A stretch of DNA of 64,000 nucleotides, from contig CM035352.1 of assembly GCA_020137815.1 (NCBI GenBank), positions 7,998,001 to 8,062,000 of the forward strand, given 5' to 3'. Below are positions 1 through 13,687 of the stretch, piece by piece. Source of the DNA: Hormiphora californensis. Lineage: Eukaryota; Animalia; Ctenophora. Numbering within the stretch: the first letter of the stretch is position 1; every line of letters begins with the position of its first letter. The translations under genes and the position numbers were made by a program. Below the pieces are notes generated by a model that was not told the DNA's origin, made no database searches, and saw nothing but the letters and a program-made list of their open reading frames with translations.

Positions 1-2418
1 GTGAGAGAATCACAGTGAGAGAATCACAGTGAGAGAATCACAGTGAGAGAATCACAGTGAGAGAATCACAGTGAGAGAATCACAGTGAGAGAATCACAGT
101 GAGAGAATCACAGTGAGAGAGTCACAGTGAGAGAGTCACAGTGAGAGAGTCACAGTGAGAGAATCACAGTGAGAGAATCACAGTGAGAGAATCACAGTGA
201 GAGAATCACAGTGAGAGAATCACAGTGAGAGAATCACAGTGAGAGAATCACAGTGAGAGAATCACAGTGAGAGAGTCACAGTGAGAGAATCACAGTGAGA
301 GAGTCACAGTGAGAGAATCACAGTGAGAGAATCACAGTGAGAGAATCACAGTGAGAGAATCACAGTGAGAGAATCACAGTGAGAGAATCACAGTGAGAGA
401 ATCACAGTGAGAGAGTCACAGTGAGAGAATCACAGTGAGAGAATCACAGTGAGAGAATCACAGTGAGAGAATCACAGTGAGAGAATCACAGTGAGAGAAT
501 CACAGTGAGAGAGTCACAGTGAGAGAATCACAGTGAGAGAGTCACAGTGAGAGAATCACAGTGAGAGAATCACAGTGAGAGAATCACAGTGAGAGAGTCA
601 CAGTGAGAGAGTCACAGTGAGAGAGTCACAGTGAGAGAATCACAGTGAGAGAGTCACAGTGAGAGAGTCACAGTGAGAGAATCACAGTGAGAGAATCACA
701 GTGAGAGAATCACAGTGAGAGAGTCACAGTGAGAGAATCACAGTGAGAGAATCACAGTGAGAGAATCACAGTGAGAGAATCACAGTGAGAGAGTCACAGT
801 GAGAGAATCACAGTGAGAGAATCACAGTGAGAGAATCACAGTGAGAGAATCACAGTGAGAGAGTCACAGTGAGAGAATCACAGTGAGAGAATCACAGTGA
901 GAGAATCACAGTGAGAGAGTCACAGTGAGAGAATCACAGTGAGAGAGTCACAGTGAGAGAATCACAGTGAGAGAGTCACAGTGAGAGAATCACAGTGAGA
1001 GAGTCACAGTGAGAGAGTCACAGTGAGAGAGTCACAGTGAGAGAATCACAGTGAGAGAATCACAGTGAGAGAATCACAGTGAGAGAATCACAGTGAGAGA
1101 GTCACAGTGAGAGAATCACAGTGAGAGAATCACAGTGAGAGAATCACAGTGAGAGAGTCACAGTGAGAGAGTCACAGTGAGAGAATCACAGTGAGAGAAT
1201 CACAGTGAGAGAATCACAGTGAGAGAGTCACAGTGAGAGAATCACAGTGAGAGAATCACAGTGAGAGAATCACAGTGAGAGAATCACAGTGAGAGAATCA
1301 CAGTGAGAGAGTCACAGTGAGAGAATCACAGTGAGAGAATCACAGTGAGAGAATCACAGTGAGAGAATCACAGTGAGAGAATCACAGTGAGAGAGTCACA
1401 GTGAGAGAATCACAGTGAGAGAATCACAGTGAGAGAATCACAGTGAGAGAATCACAGTGAGAGAATCACAGTGAGAGAGTCACAGTGAGAGAGTCACAGT
1501 GAGAGAGTCACAGTGAGAGAATCACAGTGAGAGAGTCACAGTGAGAGAGTCACAGTGAGAGAATCACAGTGAGAGAATCACAGTGAGAGAATCACAGTGA
1601 GAGAGTCACAGTGAGAGAATCACAGTGAGAGAGTCACAGTGAGAGAATCACAGTGAGAGAATCACAGTGAGAGAGTCACAGTGAGAGAGTCACAGTGAGA
1701 GAGTCACAGTGAGAGAATCACAGTGAGAGAATCACAGTGAGAGAATCACAGTGAGAGAGTCACAGTGAGAGAATCACAGTGAGAGAATCACAGTGAGAGA
1801 ATCACAGTGAGAGAATCACAGTGAGAGAATCACAGTGAGAGAATCACAGTGAGAGAATCACAGTGAGAGAATCACAGTGAGAGAGTCACAGTGAGAGAGT
1901 CACAGTGAGAGAGTCACAGTGAGAGAGTCACAGTGAGAGAGTCACAGTGAGAGAATCACAGTGAGAGAATCACAGTGAGAGAATCACAGTGAGAGAATCA
2001 CAGTGAGAGAATCACAGTGAGAGAATCACAGTGAGAGAATCACAGTGAGAGAATCACAGTGAGAGAATCACAGTGAGAGAGTCACAGTGAGAGAATCACA
2101 GTGAGAGAATCACAGTGAGAGAATCACAGTGAGAGAATCACAGTGAGAGAGTCACAGTGAGAGAATCACAGTGAGAGAATCACAGTGAGAGAGTCACAGT
2201 GAGAGAGTCACAGTGAGAGAGTCACAGTGAGAGAATCACAGTGAGAGAATCACAGTGAGAGAATCACAGTGAGAGAATCACAGTGAGAGAATCACAGTGA
2301 GAGAATCACAGTGAGAGAGTCACAGTGAGAGAGTCACAGTGAGAGAGTCACAGTGAGAGAATCACAGTGAGAGAAGTCACAGTGAGAGAATCACAGTGAG
2401 AGAGTCACAGTGAGAGAA
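1..2418. repeat. 14-bp minisatellite (GTGAGAGA[A/G]TCACA)n, about 170 copies, in an intron of the PH gene
   Basis: Directly visible tandem array with one variable A/G position; runs off the window start. Confidence 0.98.
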
Positions 2419-2500
2419 TGAGACTAAGACTAAGACTAAGACTGAGACTGAGATGGAATGAATGACAGTAGTTTTCTAACTAACTCCCCCTTACTCTCAG

Positions 2501-5500
2501 TGGACGAGAAGGTATTGTTTCGTTGCCCGGGAGTGTCTGTTTGTTACGTCATCAGACGATACCCTGGAACCCATCTGTGAAGTTCCCCTCCTCTCAATCA
2601 ACGTTAAACCAGACCCAGGTATGTGTTGAGTTGTTACCATGGTAACCATGTTATCATAGTAACTATGGTCGTAATGAGTGTTCCTTCTCAAACTCACATT
2701 ACAAACATCTCCCTACAGAACTAAAGAAACCGTTTGCATTCCGATTGAGCTCTGAACGGCTCGGAAGGGATTTATTGTTGGCTGCAGAGAGTCAGTGTGA
2801 ATATGAAACATGGCTGAAAATCTTCACGGACAGGGCTGTGCCAGCTTCTATTCTGGCACTCAACAAACCAAAGGTAATTGAGGCGTTGCCATGGTGACCA
2901 AAGGGGGCGTGACGTCACACATGATGATGACATTAAAGTGTTTTAGGGTCAGGTCTTTATTTAGTGTCCTTATCGATATTTTGCATAGGTTCCCAAAATA
3001 CCCATGTTTTCACATCATGTCGCTAAAACCCCACCTCTTCATGCAGGTTATTATAGGATTCCTGAGAACTCTCTTTCTCTCAACCTCTTTCTCCAAACTC
3101 TTTCTCTCCCACACTCCCTCTTATTATTTCCACTCTCTCCACTCTCATCTTTCAAAACTACTATCCCCCGTCTACTGCACTCCCCGGTTTCCCCTCTATT
3201 CCTCTAAACTCCCTCTTCTCCCCACCAGATAACCCGAGTAGAGGTAGCACCGCCAGTAGCCGCATCACGAATGAAGGAACTAGCGCACACAACCGGACTT
3301 CTATTCCGCCTCGTCGACAGGAACTGGGTCTGTAGCTGGTGTGCCCGTCACCACTCAAATCTCCTTCTTTATGACACGGAGAACTCGGCTCACCCCTTCC
3401 GGTCTATCAAGTTGTCTGGGTGTGAGGTTCTTACTGACACGTACAGGAGCGATCATGTGTTCCGGTTTCTAATCACGCCTGGAAATAAAACAGAGGTAGG
3501 TTCGCTACATTTTCCCATCATAGTGGGCAGACAGGTGATAACTATCACGGTTAACTACCCTCCACTTCAATATCCTAGGGATTGCCCCACCCGCCCTCCT
3601 CTACGCCTACATATATAGCGTTAGGCGCTAATAATAATAAGATCCTATACCATCAGGCGTTGACTCTGGGGACAGAAAACCACCAAGAGTTTGAGAAATG
3701 GCTGGCCAGTTTCAGAAGTGCAACCAGTGTCAGGTCTGCTAAGGAATGTGTTGCAGAGGATGATCTGAGGAAGAGCGGGGACAGACTGGAGAATAGCAAT
3801 CAGAGCCTACCTGCTGAAAGGTGAATTATTGTTACAAGCGAATAATTATTGTTGAGTTACTCAATAGGTGAATTAGGGAAAACTGGAAAGTTAGTTAGAG
3901 CTTTGGAAAAGTATTATTGCAGTCTGATATAGAAGGGGAGAGAGAGATAGAGAGATGGAGAGATAGAGAGACAGATATAGACTTAGAGATAGAGATAGAG
4001 AGATAGAGAGAGCGATATTAAGTGAACTGAGTTAAAAGTATTAGCAGCGTCAGAGCTGGGGAGTGGGTATATAATAAGAGACATTTCAACACTTTGTTGA
4101 AGCTGATTTTGTTGTTGCCCTCCCTCCATCTCTCTCTTCCTGCTAGTTGACATGCCTACCTACACTCTCTCTGTTCGCCTGTACACTTGCAACCACCACT
4201 GGTACTAGTAGGGGAAGTCGCTACAGCTTTTCTAATCCTCAGGGGGGGGGGGGGCTGTGCTGACAGGGTGTATGGGGGCCAGGGGGTCTGTGATGAAAAG
4301 AAATACTGTATATTTTTGGGCACCAAGAATTGCTAGCTAACCCTTCTCTCTCCGCAGGTTCACCTCAGGGTACGGTAGTGGTGATAGTCTAAACAGTATA
4401 GGTAGTGGTGTCTATGAAAACACCAAGAGTAACCGGAACAGCACTGATTATGAAGATTACGTGAACACTGAAACCGCCTCACACCACATGGTATGTTGTT
4501 GTAGTTACCATGGTTACATGTGTGTTGTAGTTACCATGGTTACATGTGTGTTTTGGTACCATGGTTACCGTGCAGTGGTTACCATGGTTACTAAATGAGT
4601 TACTAAGACATGTTCTCCCCTCGCAGGTTGAGGAGTGGGTTGACAGCGTCCACAGGCACCTTCCCCCTGAGAGACCAGAGAAAACAACTACATCGTCGGA
4701 GAACATGAGCTCATCACGTGACAATGTCGTTACGTCACGTGATAATGTCGTTACGTCACGTGATAATGTCGTGACGTCACGTGATAATGTCGTTACGTCA
4801 CGTGATAATGTCGTTACGTCACGTGATAATGTCGTGACGTCACGCGATAATGTCGCTTGGTCATCGAAAGACAACATCAAGGCCTCCTCGAAAGACAGCT
4901 TCAAGTCTTCCTCAAGGGAAAACATCAAGGCATCCTCAAGAGAGAACATCAAGACATTCCTCAAGAGAAAACATCAAGACTTCTTCAAGAGACAACTATC
5001 GCCCCTCCCCCTCCCTCAGAGGTCAAGATATCCAATATCCCCAGCCATCATGATCCCACCCCTGAGAAGAGTTCCAGTCGATAACAGACCATGACCAGGA
5101 ACTATCCATCCTCGACAAGCTAATCCCGGAGTTGGACAGTCTAGATCTTGTAACTGATCAGGAGTTTGAAGGCGATGGAGAGAGAGTTCGGGACGGGAGA
5201 GGGATTGTTAGCAGACGACCCAGCTGAGTTTCCATTTGAGGACAATGTCCTGGAGATACTGGATCAGGGACCTAAATTATCGGACCAGATCTTGGAGAGG
5301 AAGGAAGACTGATAGGAGATCTAGAAAGTCTTCTTCTTCATCCTCTTCATCTTCTTCATCTTCAAGCTCCAGTTCCTCATCCTCATCTCTTCATCTTCTT
5401 CCTCAGCCTCGTTACCACCTCCCCCACCTCCTGAAGACCTTCCCTCACCACCTGATCAGACACCACACAACACAGTCTCCCGGTTGTCATCCCTTGATAA

Positions 5501-7001
5501 ACTAGAGACGTGGAACAGTGGCCTAGATGAGTCCTTCAAGAGAGCGTCGGAGACCTTGACACGAGTTGAGGGGACACCGTCTGATCTAGTTCCAGGTGAG
5601 TGGTATAGTCAACTGATAATAGTGCTTTTCTTCCCTGCTAATGCCCCCTCACCCCCCTGCTAATACCCCTCGCCCCATTGTGAACAAACCCCTTGAACGC
5701 CCCTTTTAGATTACCCCTTCGTCCCAGTACCCCCTCCTATAATACCCCCTCTCTTTCCTCACAGCGACACCTGAAGATGACGACACGACCGGTTCAATTG
5801 ACATCCCAAGTCCACCTGAGTCCAGTTTCGGAAGCTGTGACAGTGCTGCGTCTGGTGCGGCAGTAGTGCCCCTAAAACCAGCCCCTAAAACTATTAGCAA
5901 GCTGGCCCGACCATCTGGCTCTAAACTAGCCTCACCTTCTCGTCTTGCCTCTCCATCAGGAACGGGGCTGAAAAAGTCATCCCAATCCACAGGTAAATGG
6001 AACGGGCCCTGTTTTTGACCCAAGAAATGGTTTGATTTCATAAAATACCTATTTCATACTCTCCTCTCTTTCCGATATGATATCTGACTTTCTCTCTCCA
6101 ATTATTGATTCTAACACTCTCTGTTTCAGATAACATGTCCTCTCACCTCCTCCAACCCCGGACCTCAACCGGAGCTGCCACAGGACAACCCAAAACCCGG
6201 AAAACCTCCCCCTACGGAACACTTCCCCGAAACAGGGCCAGTCCAGCAGCCACGAAACTCAGTAGATCTCGGCAGAACAGCACAGAGGGTGGCTCAGCTA
6301 CACCAACTGGAACTCTAACTAAGAAGAAAACTAGTACCCTACCCCGACCTGGTGGGGGTCTCCGACCTCCATCAGCTGGGGGCCAACACTCCCGGTCCTC
6401 ATCCCAGGATTCAGTCAACTCGACTGAGATGGAGTCACCACGACCTAGGACTCTCTCTAGAAATGGGCCAACTGAGAAGTCAATGAGGAGGAGACTGTTG
6501 TCTGGAGATCCAAACAGGGCTAGTCCTGGGTTGAGGAGGCTATCAGCAGGAAGTCCAAGAGGGTCACCTGATGGGAGGACAAGATCCATGGCTACACCAT
6601 CTCCCAAATCACTGAGTCCTGCCCCAAAATCAATGAGTCCTGCCCCAAAATCAATGAGTCCTGCTCCTAAATCACTGAACAATCCTTCCAAATCTCTACA
6701 CTCTCCCAGCTCATCTAAACTATCGAACACTGCTAAGTCTGTTAGCACTCCCTCTCCTAAATCGGGTCTGACAAAACCTCGGACCAGTAGTTCAGGGGGT
6801 GTTGGGGCACTGCGCTCTCCCTCCACAGGTTCGGGAATCAGATCGCCTGCCCAGCCACAACCTGCAGCCCCACAAGTGGAACCTGAGCAACCCCCTGTGA
6901 AGCCCAAGGTTGAGAAACCCCGATCTAGTGGGCTGGTAAAGCCAGGAGGTCTGAGAGCACCTGCTGCCACTGGACTGAAGCGACCGAGTACCATCAGGTA
7001 G
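2501..7001 (+). CDS. Tandem PH-domain adaptor with a long Ser/Pro-rich C-terminus (possibly AFAP1-like); 5' exons lie outside the window
   Basis: Approximate exons 2501-2618, 2719-2872, 3230-3495, 3656-3820, 4358-4490, 4627-5596, 5765-5992, 6130-7001. PH motifs WTRRYCFV...KPFAFRL...LLLAAESQCEYETWLKIF and WVCSWC...LSGCEV...LTLGTENHQEFEKWLASF. Exon 4627-5596 has apparent frameshifts. Confidence 0.8.
4712..4857 (+). repeat. Coding 21-bp tandem repeat (SRDNVVT, about 7 copies)
   Basis: Units tcacgtgataatgtcgt(t/g)acg, in frame with the exon. Confidence 0.9.
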
Positions 7002-7170
7002 TAGGGGTATACCAAGACGGTGACAAGGTGTGACAATGGGGGACTTGGGTGAATATGTTGTTGTAGTTGGTAGAGCTGGAGCACACACGTGCAGCTGAGT
7101 TCTTGGTTTGTGATGGTGATGGAGAGGTGTAGTAACTTATTACATGCCTTGTGTTTTATACAGTTTGTTT

Positions 7171-7277
<107 letters not shown>

Positions 7278-9317
7278 TGTGACTTTTGCGTGAATGTCAT
7301 GATCTGTCCCTGTTATTTTTTTTCGAATATTTTGAAACCTTTTTGAAGTTTGAAATCTTAATGGCATACGTTGTTATGCAAGAGTGATTTTGATACCAAA
7401 ATGCAAATGTTTATGAGTTTTGAGTTTCGTTTTATGCTTTTACTCAGATCCGCCTTTTCGATTTGTCATATAGTTTCCTGTCTGGTGGCGCCTTCGAGTT
7501 GACCGGGTCGAATCAAATGGGGGTCAATGACCCCGATTTGATTCGAGAAGTTTGTTCAGTAAACCCACAAAAAGTAAACCCAAATCAAACTAAAAGTGCT
7601 CACTGGAGCCTCAGCCACGCGGTCCAACTGTGCGATGCATCTCTGGGCCCATCTCTTGTGGAAACATGCTATCTAGCATGAGAACCGCCAGATCCTGGTT
7701 TTTTCTCAACCATTGAGAACAAAAACAGCTGAGTCAATGATTATATTGGGTCACCCCACCAGACAAGAAACAGAGGGGTCGACTGGAAGATACCAAGGTG
7801 TGAGCTTAGGCGAGGCAACAATCCAAGGCGATTCGGGTGACCCCTGGAGTTCCGATTCCCTCTGTATCGAGGGTGAAACGGAGGCGTCAAATGCCCTCTG
7901 TACCGATTGTCCTCTGAACCGATCGTAGGGAATCGGTTGGTGACATTGACACCTAGTGCGTGCGAGTGTGACTGTGAGCTCAATCTTGGTCGCGCACGGT
8001 GTCTATGTCACCAAGGGAATCGGTACACTTACGGAGGGTCTAAAGGAGGGGTCGGGCCCCCTGTGTACCGACGATATTTCCATCACCAATTCGTCGGTAC
8101 ACAGGGGCCCCGACCCCTCCTTTAGACCCTCTAGAGGGTATCGGTACAACTACAGAGGGCTATCGGTACTCCGGGTATAGTACCCAGAGTATCTGAGCGC
8201 TCAAAACGGGGTCCGGCGACGCTAGACAGGGGGGGCTGGGATTTTGGCCAAAGTGTGCTCATGGACGGGCAGGAGTATTGACAGGTCCGGGCATCTGCAG
8301 GCTGCACTCAGTAATTCATCGCCGCGTAGGGCAACATCCGGACCCCGTTTTGAGCGCTCAGATCGGGTCGGTACCGCCAGACACTTTCTAAGACAGGCTC
8401 CGGTCCCACCTCCTTTCCAAATGTCACTGACACTGTCCCAAACTGCCTGCTGATCCGATCTGAGCGCACTGTTTCAGTGCTGCTTGTAGTGGGAATACGG
8501 TGTCTGAATAATACGGTATTGGACCATTACGATTTCTGAAATACATATGTATTTGAAATACATATATATTTCGGTGTCACGTGTTGTCAATCTGGCGCTC
8601 TGATTGGTCTCGTCTTACCGTTTTTTACTGATACCGTGTTGAACCGACACTGTATTCTCACTACAAGCACCCATGTTTCTTTGTTGAGTTTCTCAAAATG
8701 GGGCACCGCTGCAGACTGTCTCCGTTTCTCAGTCTGCAGCGGCGCCAGACCCATTTCGCGTTTTGATTCAGATTTCAGTGCGCTCAGATCGGGTGCAGCG
8801 ATTCAAAGTTCCAAACTCAGATTTTTCAAAATGAATTAAATAATCATTTACTGGAATAAAAACAACTGTGATAAAAATGAATTTGAGCAGCAGGCGCTGG
8901 CAATGTCTGAACCCCGAGCGGCGGCATCTTTTCAAAGGTGTCAAATATCTCAGCGAAATAAGAACAGAATAAAATAGTTATCAGAATCCTCAAGTCCAAA
9001 AGAGGATTAAAATCTTGTCAATCATTAGTTATCGGTTATGCTAAATAATATAGTCAGAAGACTATAATTGTAGAATTAGAAGACCAAGAACAAATAACAG
9101 ATATCAGGGGTAAACCAAGCCGCCAACTATTTAGTCCAAGCGTTGGCTCAAATTCAAAATATATTCGATATCCTTGAAAAACGCACATTGTCCAAAAAAC
9201 AGCCGCTGCTGCAGTTTCAAATTCTGAATATATATTTCTTATATTCTCAGTCCATGAATAATATCACAAATTCGATCATCATAGTTTATCATCCTTGTCA
9301 GATCTGTTCTCTTCATA

Positions 9318-11413
9318 TCAATCAATATCCGAATCATCGAGAGGTTCAAATCCATCGTTCCCCTTCGTCAGGTGCATGTTCTCATCTGTTGACACATAGG
9401 TTCTGTATCCATGATCCCTGAAGGAGAGTGGTGTTACGTCTTGTTGTCTCCCCTCCCCCTTGTTGAGTATCAGTAGGGGGTTTTACTCAACAACTCTCAC
9501 CCCTGTCCCCTAAATCCAACATGGATTCAGAAACTCAACAAAAACCGTTCCCCTTTTTACCTGTTTCGGGCGATGATGAAGTAGACAACTCCAATGATGA
9601 GTGCCAGAGCGAGGGTAGCGGCGGTGATTATTAGTGCTAGCTTGGTCTTGTCCTCTACAATATCTTTAGGAATGATCCCGTATATCAGTTCACTTTCACC
9701 CTCTGAAATGTGATTATGAAATCATTATGAAGCCATCGGCATCAAGATCGCATGGGAGATCTTTTGGGTTCTATAATTGAACTCAACTCAAACTGTCTCA
9801 GTTTGGCGCTGAGACAGACTACAGATTGTGTGAGACATGATAATAAAATAATAGCAGGTTTCAAACAGCAAGACACATTACTAATCAATATAACGCATTA
9901 TCATAGTAATAGCACATTACTAATCAATATAACGCATGCTTACCAGTCTTGTGCGGCTTGGTAACAATCTTGGGTGGCTCTAGGGAAACAGAATATATCA
10001 TGCAAACATGCAACAAGAACATAACAACACATATCATTAACATTATCAATTAATTAATTGATCCCAATCACAAATTTCCATTTTGAAGCTTTATCTTTCT
10101 TTGTACTACAAAGTACCATTTCCGACAATTATCAATGGTGTCATAATAATAGTATTATCATTATACTACTGATTAATACTCATAAAAGATCAGAGAAGCG
10201 CCCATGCTCTATAGAAATACAATTTGTCTTACCTGTGGGTTTGGCGCAAAGCTTCTTATTGTACTGAAGAGACAGCATAGGGACGAGGGTATGGGAGAAC
10301 AGTGACTTGAGAGGGTCCGCCTTTAGAACTCTGTAATCGACACCAAAATCCAACTGAAATACGAGGAGTTTTAAATGGGGGAGTTTTAAATGGGGGAGTC
10401 TGACAATGGGGGACAAAATTTTTGATTTGCAGTTCTGTGGAATATTAATTGGTTTAGTTAATTGCTAACTTATTAATTATCCGATTGTTATACTTACTCT
10501 GAAATGGGTGACTTCCTGGGTTTTATCCAAAGTTACAACAATCTTTGACTCTGTCTCCGCCATCCCAGTATAGCTCATATTTCCCTTAGGAACCACTACT
10601 GTCTCCGACTTGAGGAAGTTCTGCGAAACTTCTGACCCTGCACAGATCAAGGGTAATTAGTAGGGCTAATTACTAATTAGTGTGATTCAGTACCACAATA
10701 GTTGTGTTAAATTCAATCGAACCTATAATAACTTACCATTAATATCGGCAATTTTGAATTTCAGTTCCACGCTTGGCTTTTCACACGGCATAACAGAGAA
10801 GTTGTAGAAAAGGGGGTGTCCAAGGATTTCAGTATTACAGGAAGCACCCATGCAGTCATCGTGCACTGTACAATTCTGGCCTATCCCCCTAATACTGCTG
10901 ATAGCAGTACGGACATTGCTGCACTTCTTTTCCACTGAGGCGGTTGCAGTGCTGTTGTTGGGTGATTTAGGGTCGGATGTTCCGTTCTTGGGTTTGGTGT
11001 CGTCACTCTTGGGAGTGGAGCCCTGAAATAAAAGGTGGGATTAGAGGAAGAACCAGGTACCACTACCAGTCCCAGCCCGGCCCTTACACAACAATACACT
11101 AGTGTCCATGGGCAACGTGCTCTGGGACGTGTTAGAAAGGGGGGGGGGGGTGGGGGACATACCCAATTCGTGACGCTTGGAGACTTTACAAAAGGGGTAC
11201 GTCATACACCATGAAAAAGCAGGGGATGGGGTTAGAAAACATGGTACTGACCTTCTTAGGGGCATCTGTAGCGGCTTTCACTGGTTCCTTTTTAGCAGAA
11301 TCCTTCTGTGTAGCTACTGGCGTCTTTTTAGTTGGAGTTTTCTGGGTTGGTGCAGTCAGAGATATCAGAAGGAGTGAGGTGAGGGCGATCAAAGCAAGCC
11401 ACCGGGTAGTCAT
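9318..11413 (-). CDS. Type I membrane protein: signal peptide, Thr/Pro/Lys-rich linker, Cys-containing ectodomain, one TM helix, short acidic tail
   Basis: Signal MTTRWLALIALTSLLLISLTA. Approximate exons 11413-11252, 11022-10736, 10637-10496, 10352-10232, 9980-9944, 9702-9562, 9417-9318. TM segment LALIITAATLALALIIGVVYFII; tail GYRTY...EPLDDSDID*. Confidence 0.8.
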
Positions 11414-11847
11414 GTTAGGAGAGCTGCTGAACACTTCTGGGAGGTGGATGTGTTAACATGGATTATGGAATGAGACAATAATTATTGAAGGAACGCGGAA
11501 AGAACTAAAGCTGCTCAATAAACTTATTCGTGGAAGAACAGATGTGAGAAAACTACAAAATAGAGATACAGATGGAAGTGGAAAATAGAGACAATACCAA
11601 ATACAGTTGTGTGAGACACGAAAAGAGAGAGAGAGAATACACAGGTGCGTCTCGAGACAAGAAATAATCAAACTACGCTCTCGAGTGTATAATTTGGGAC
11701 AAAGGGAAGTGAGATCAATGGAAGAGAGATGACGAGAACAAAAGGGCGACGGGAAGAGAATAGAAACTCGCAGAGAGTACACACGAGCACACACAAATAT
11801 AGAGAGATAGGAGCGGGAACTGAGCTTGTACAAGGAAGAAAGAGCTC

Positions 11848-11908
<61 letters not shown>

Positions 11909-11999
11909 GATGATTCAGCCATTAGGCCATATTCGTCAGCAACAGCACAGTGCAATACCACCATATGTTGAAGCACACAAAGAGAGAACTCGATGGCGA

Positions 12000-12141
<142 letters not shown>

Positions 12142-12142
12142 A

Positions 12143-12232
<90 letters not shown>

Positions 12233-13125
12233 CGTGTGTGTACAGCATTTCGACACGTGGCCCACACCACACGGGATCTCACCAACACATAAAGCACAGA
12301 TGGTCAATGACTTTAAAACTATGGAGCGAGAAATGGGACGCCCCCACAGATAATAATGAAATATATCTACAATATATCTTTTATCCTGTTCAAAAATAGA
12401 CTAATAGTAATAAAGACTCATGATAATGGAGCTTTTAAATCGTGCTCTACTACTTCACTACTACACTAAACACTACTAAAAGTACACTAAACACAGACAA
12501 AGACTTTAAAGATCACGGGGAGACATGTAACACAGAGAAAAGGACACAATATGGTACATGATACATTGTGACTCGTATTGTAGTTTACTACACTGTGTAG
12601 TTAGCGCGGGGATGTTATATAATTAGAAACGAAGATCTTTACATGAACACAACAGAATGAAAAAGATGATATAAGTAGAAAACGAAGAAATGAGAACAAG
12701 AGGGAGGCGTAAAATGCTGTAAGCCTTATTTAGCTTATATGGTTGATGATCGACACGTAGATTCAGATTGACGTGCAACTCGAACGACCGAACACTGTAG
12801 AGAGATCTAGGATGAAATAAACGAATGTTGACCACATACAGCATAAGAGAATGAAACATTGATCTATCCAAGCGAGGGTATCTCAGAGGAGTAATCTTAG
12901 CTATATGTGCAATTTGTACTGACATAAGAAGTAGGCTGACTCTCTCATCTCTACTATTAGAGTAAAGAGGTCAGAGTAGATACCAAGATTCTCCAGGTAT
13001 AGTAATAATGGTATGTTGTAATATTTGAACTGCTAAAATATAGGGAGTGGGTGGAACACACCACAAAAAGCAAACGAGGGAATGAAAATTGAGAAATAGA
13101 GAGGGTAACGGGAGCAAGAAAGAGA

Positions 13126-13197
<72 letters not shown>

Positions 13198-13687
13198 TTG
13201 TGTCGCAATATTCACAAGCTGGATCAGTGAGAAATAAAAGATAGTGAGGGGTAACAGCTTGGGTCCCTTTAGTTATACAAAGAAATATAGTACCACTCTC
13301 AAGATCAGAGACAAAGAGAACTATTATAGTATTAAGTTTCAAGTTAAGAACTACAGCACCTGATGTGATGGGTTGCGTAACAATTTGAAACCATTGAAAA
13401 GTCTCCAATAAGGAATATAGGTTCATACTGAAATTGTTTTCTCAGTTTTTAAAACTGACCACTGGAGGCCGGGCCTGTGGGTGGTCAAGACTCTATGAGA
13501 CAAGAGATAAACATTTTGCCCTTGACCACAATTAAAGTGGATGATGGTTACGATCCATTTAGAAATAATTATATCAGATATAAGGGGTGGGTAAAAAATA
13601 GTGTAACAAAATACATGCTCTTTTTACTGATACAAAATAGAGTTCTTCAAAATAAAATGTCTTAGCTGTTCGTTGTAGCCACATTTC

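Noticed and set aside
1-2418. CACAGTG (RSS/Transib heptamer) in every unit; CRISPR-like periodicity
   Set aside because: No nonamer, no unique spacers and no cas genes; a simple minisatellite.
6212-7084. 290-aa antisense ORF (likewise 24089-24604)
   Set aside because: Shadow of a Ser/Pro-rich coding exon on the other strand.
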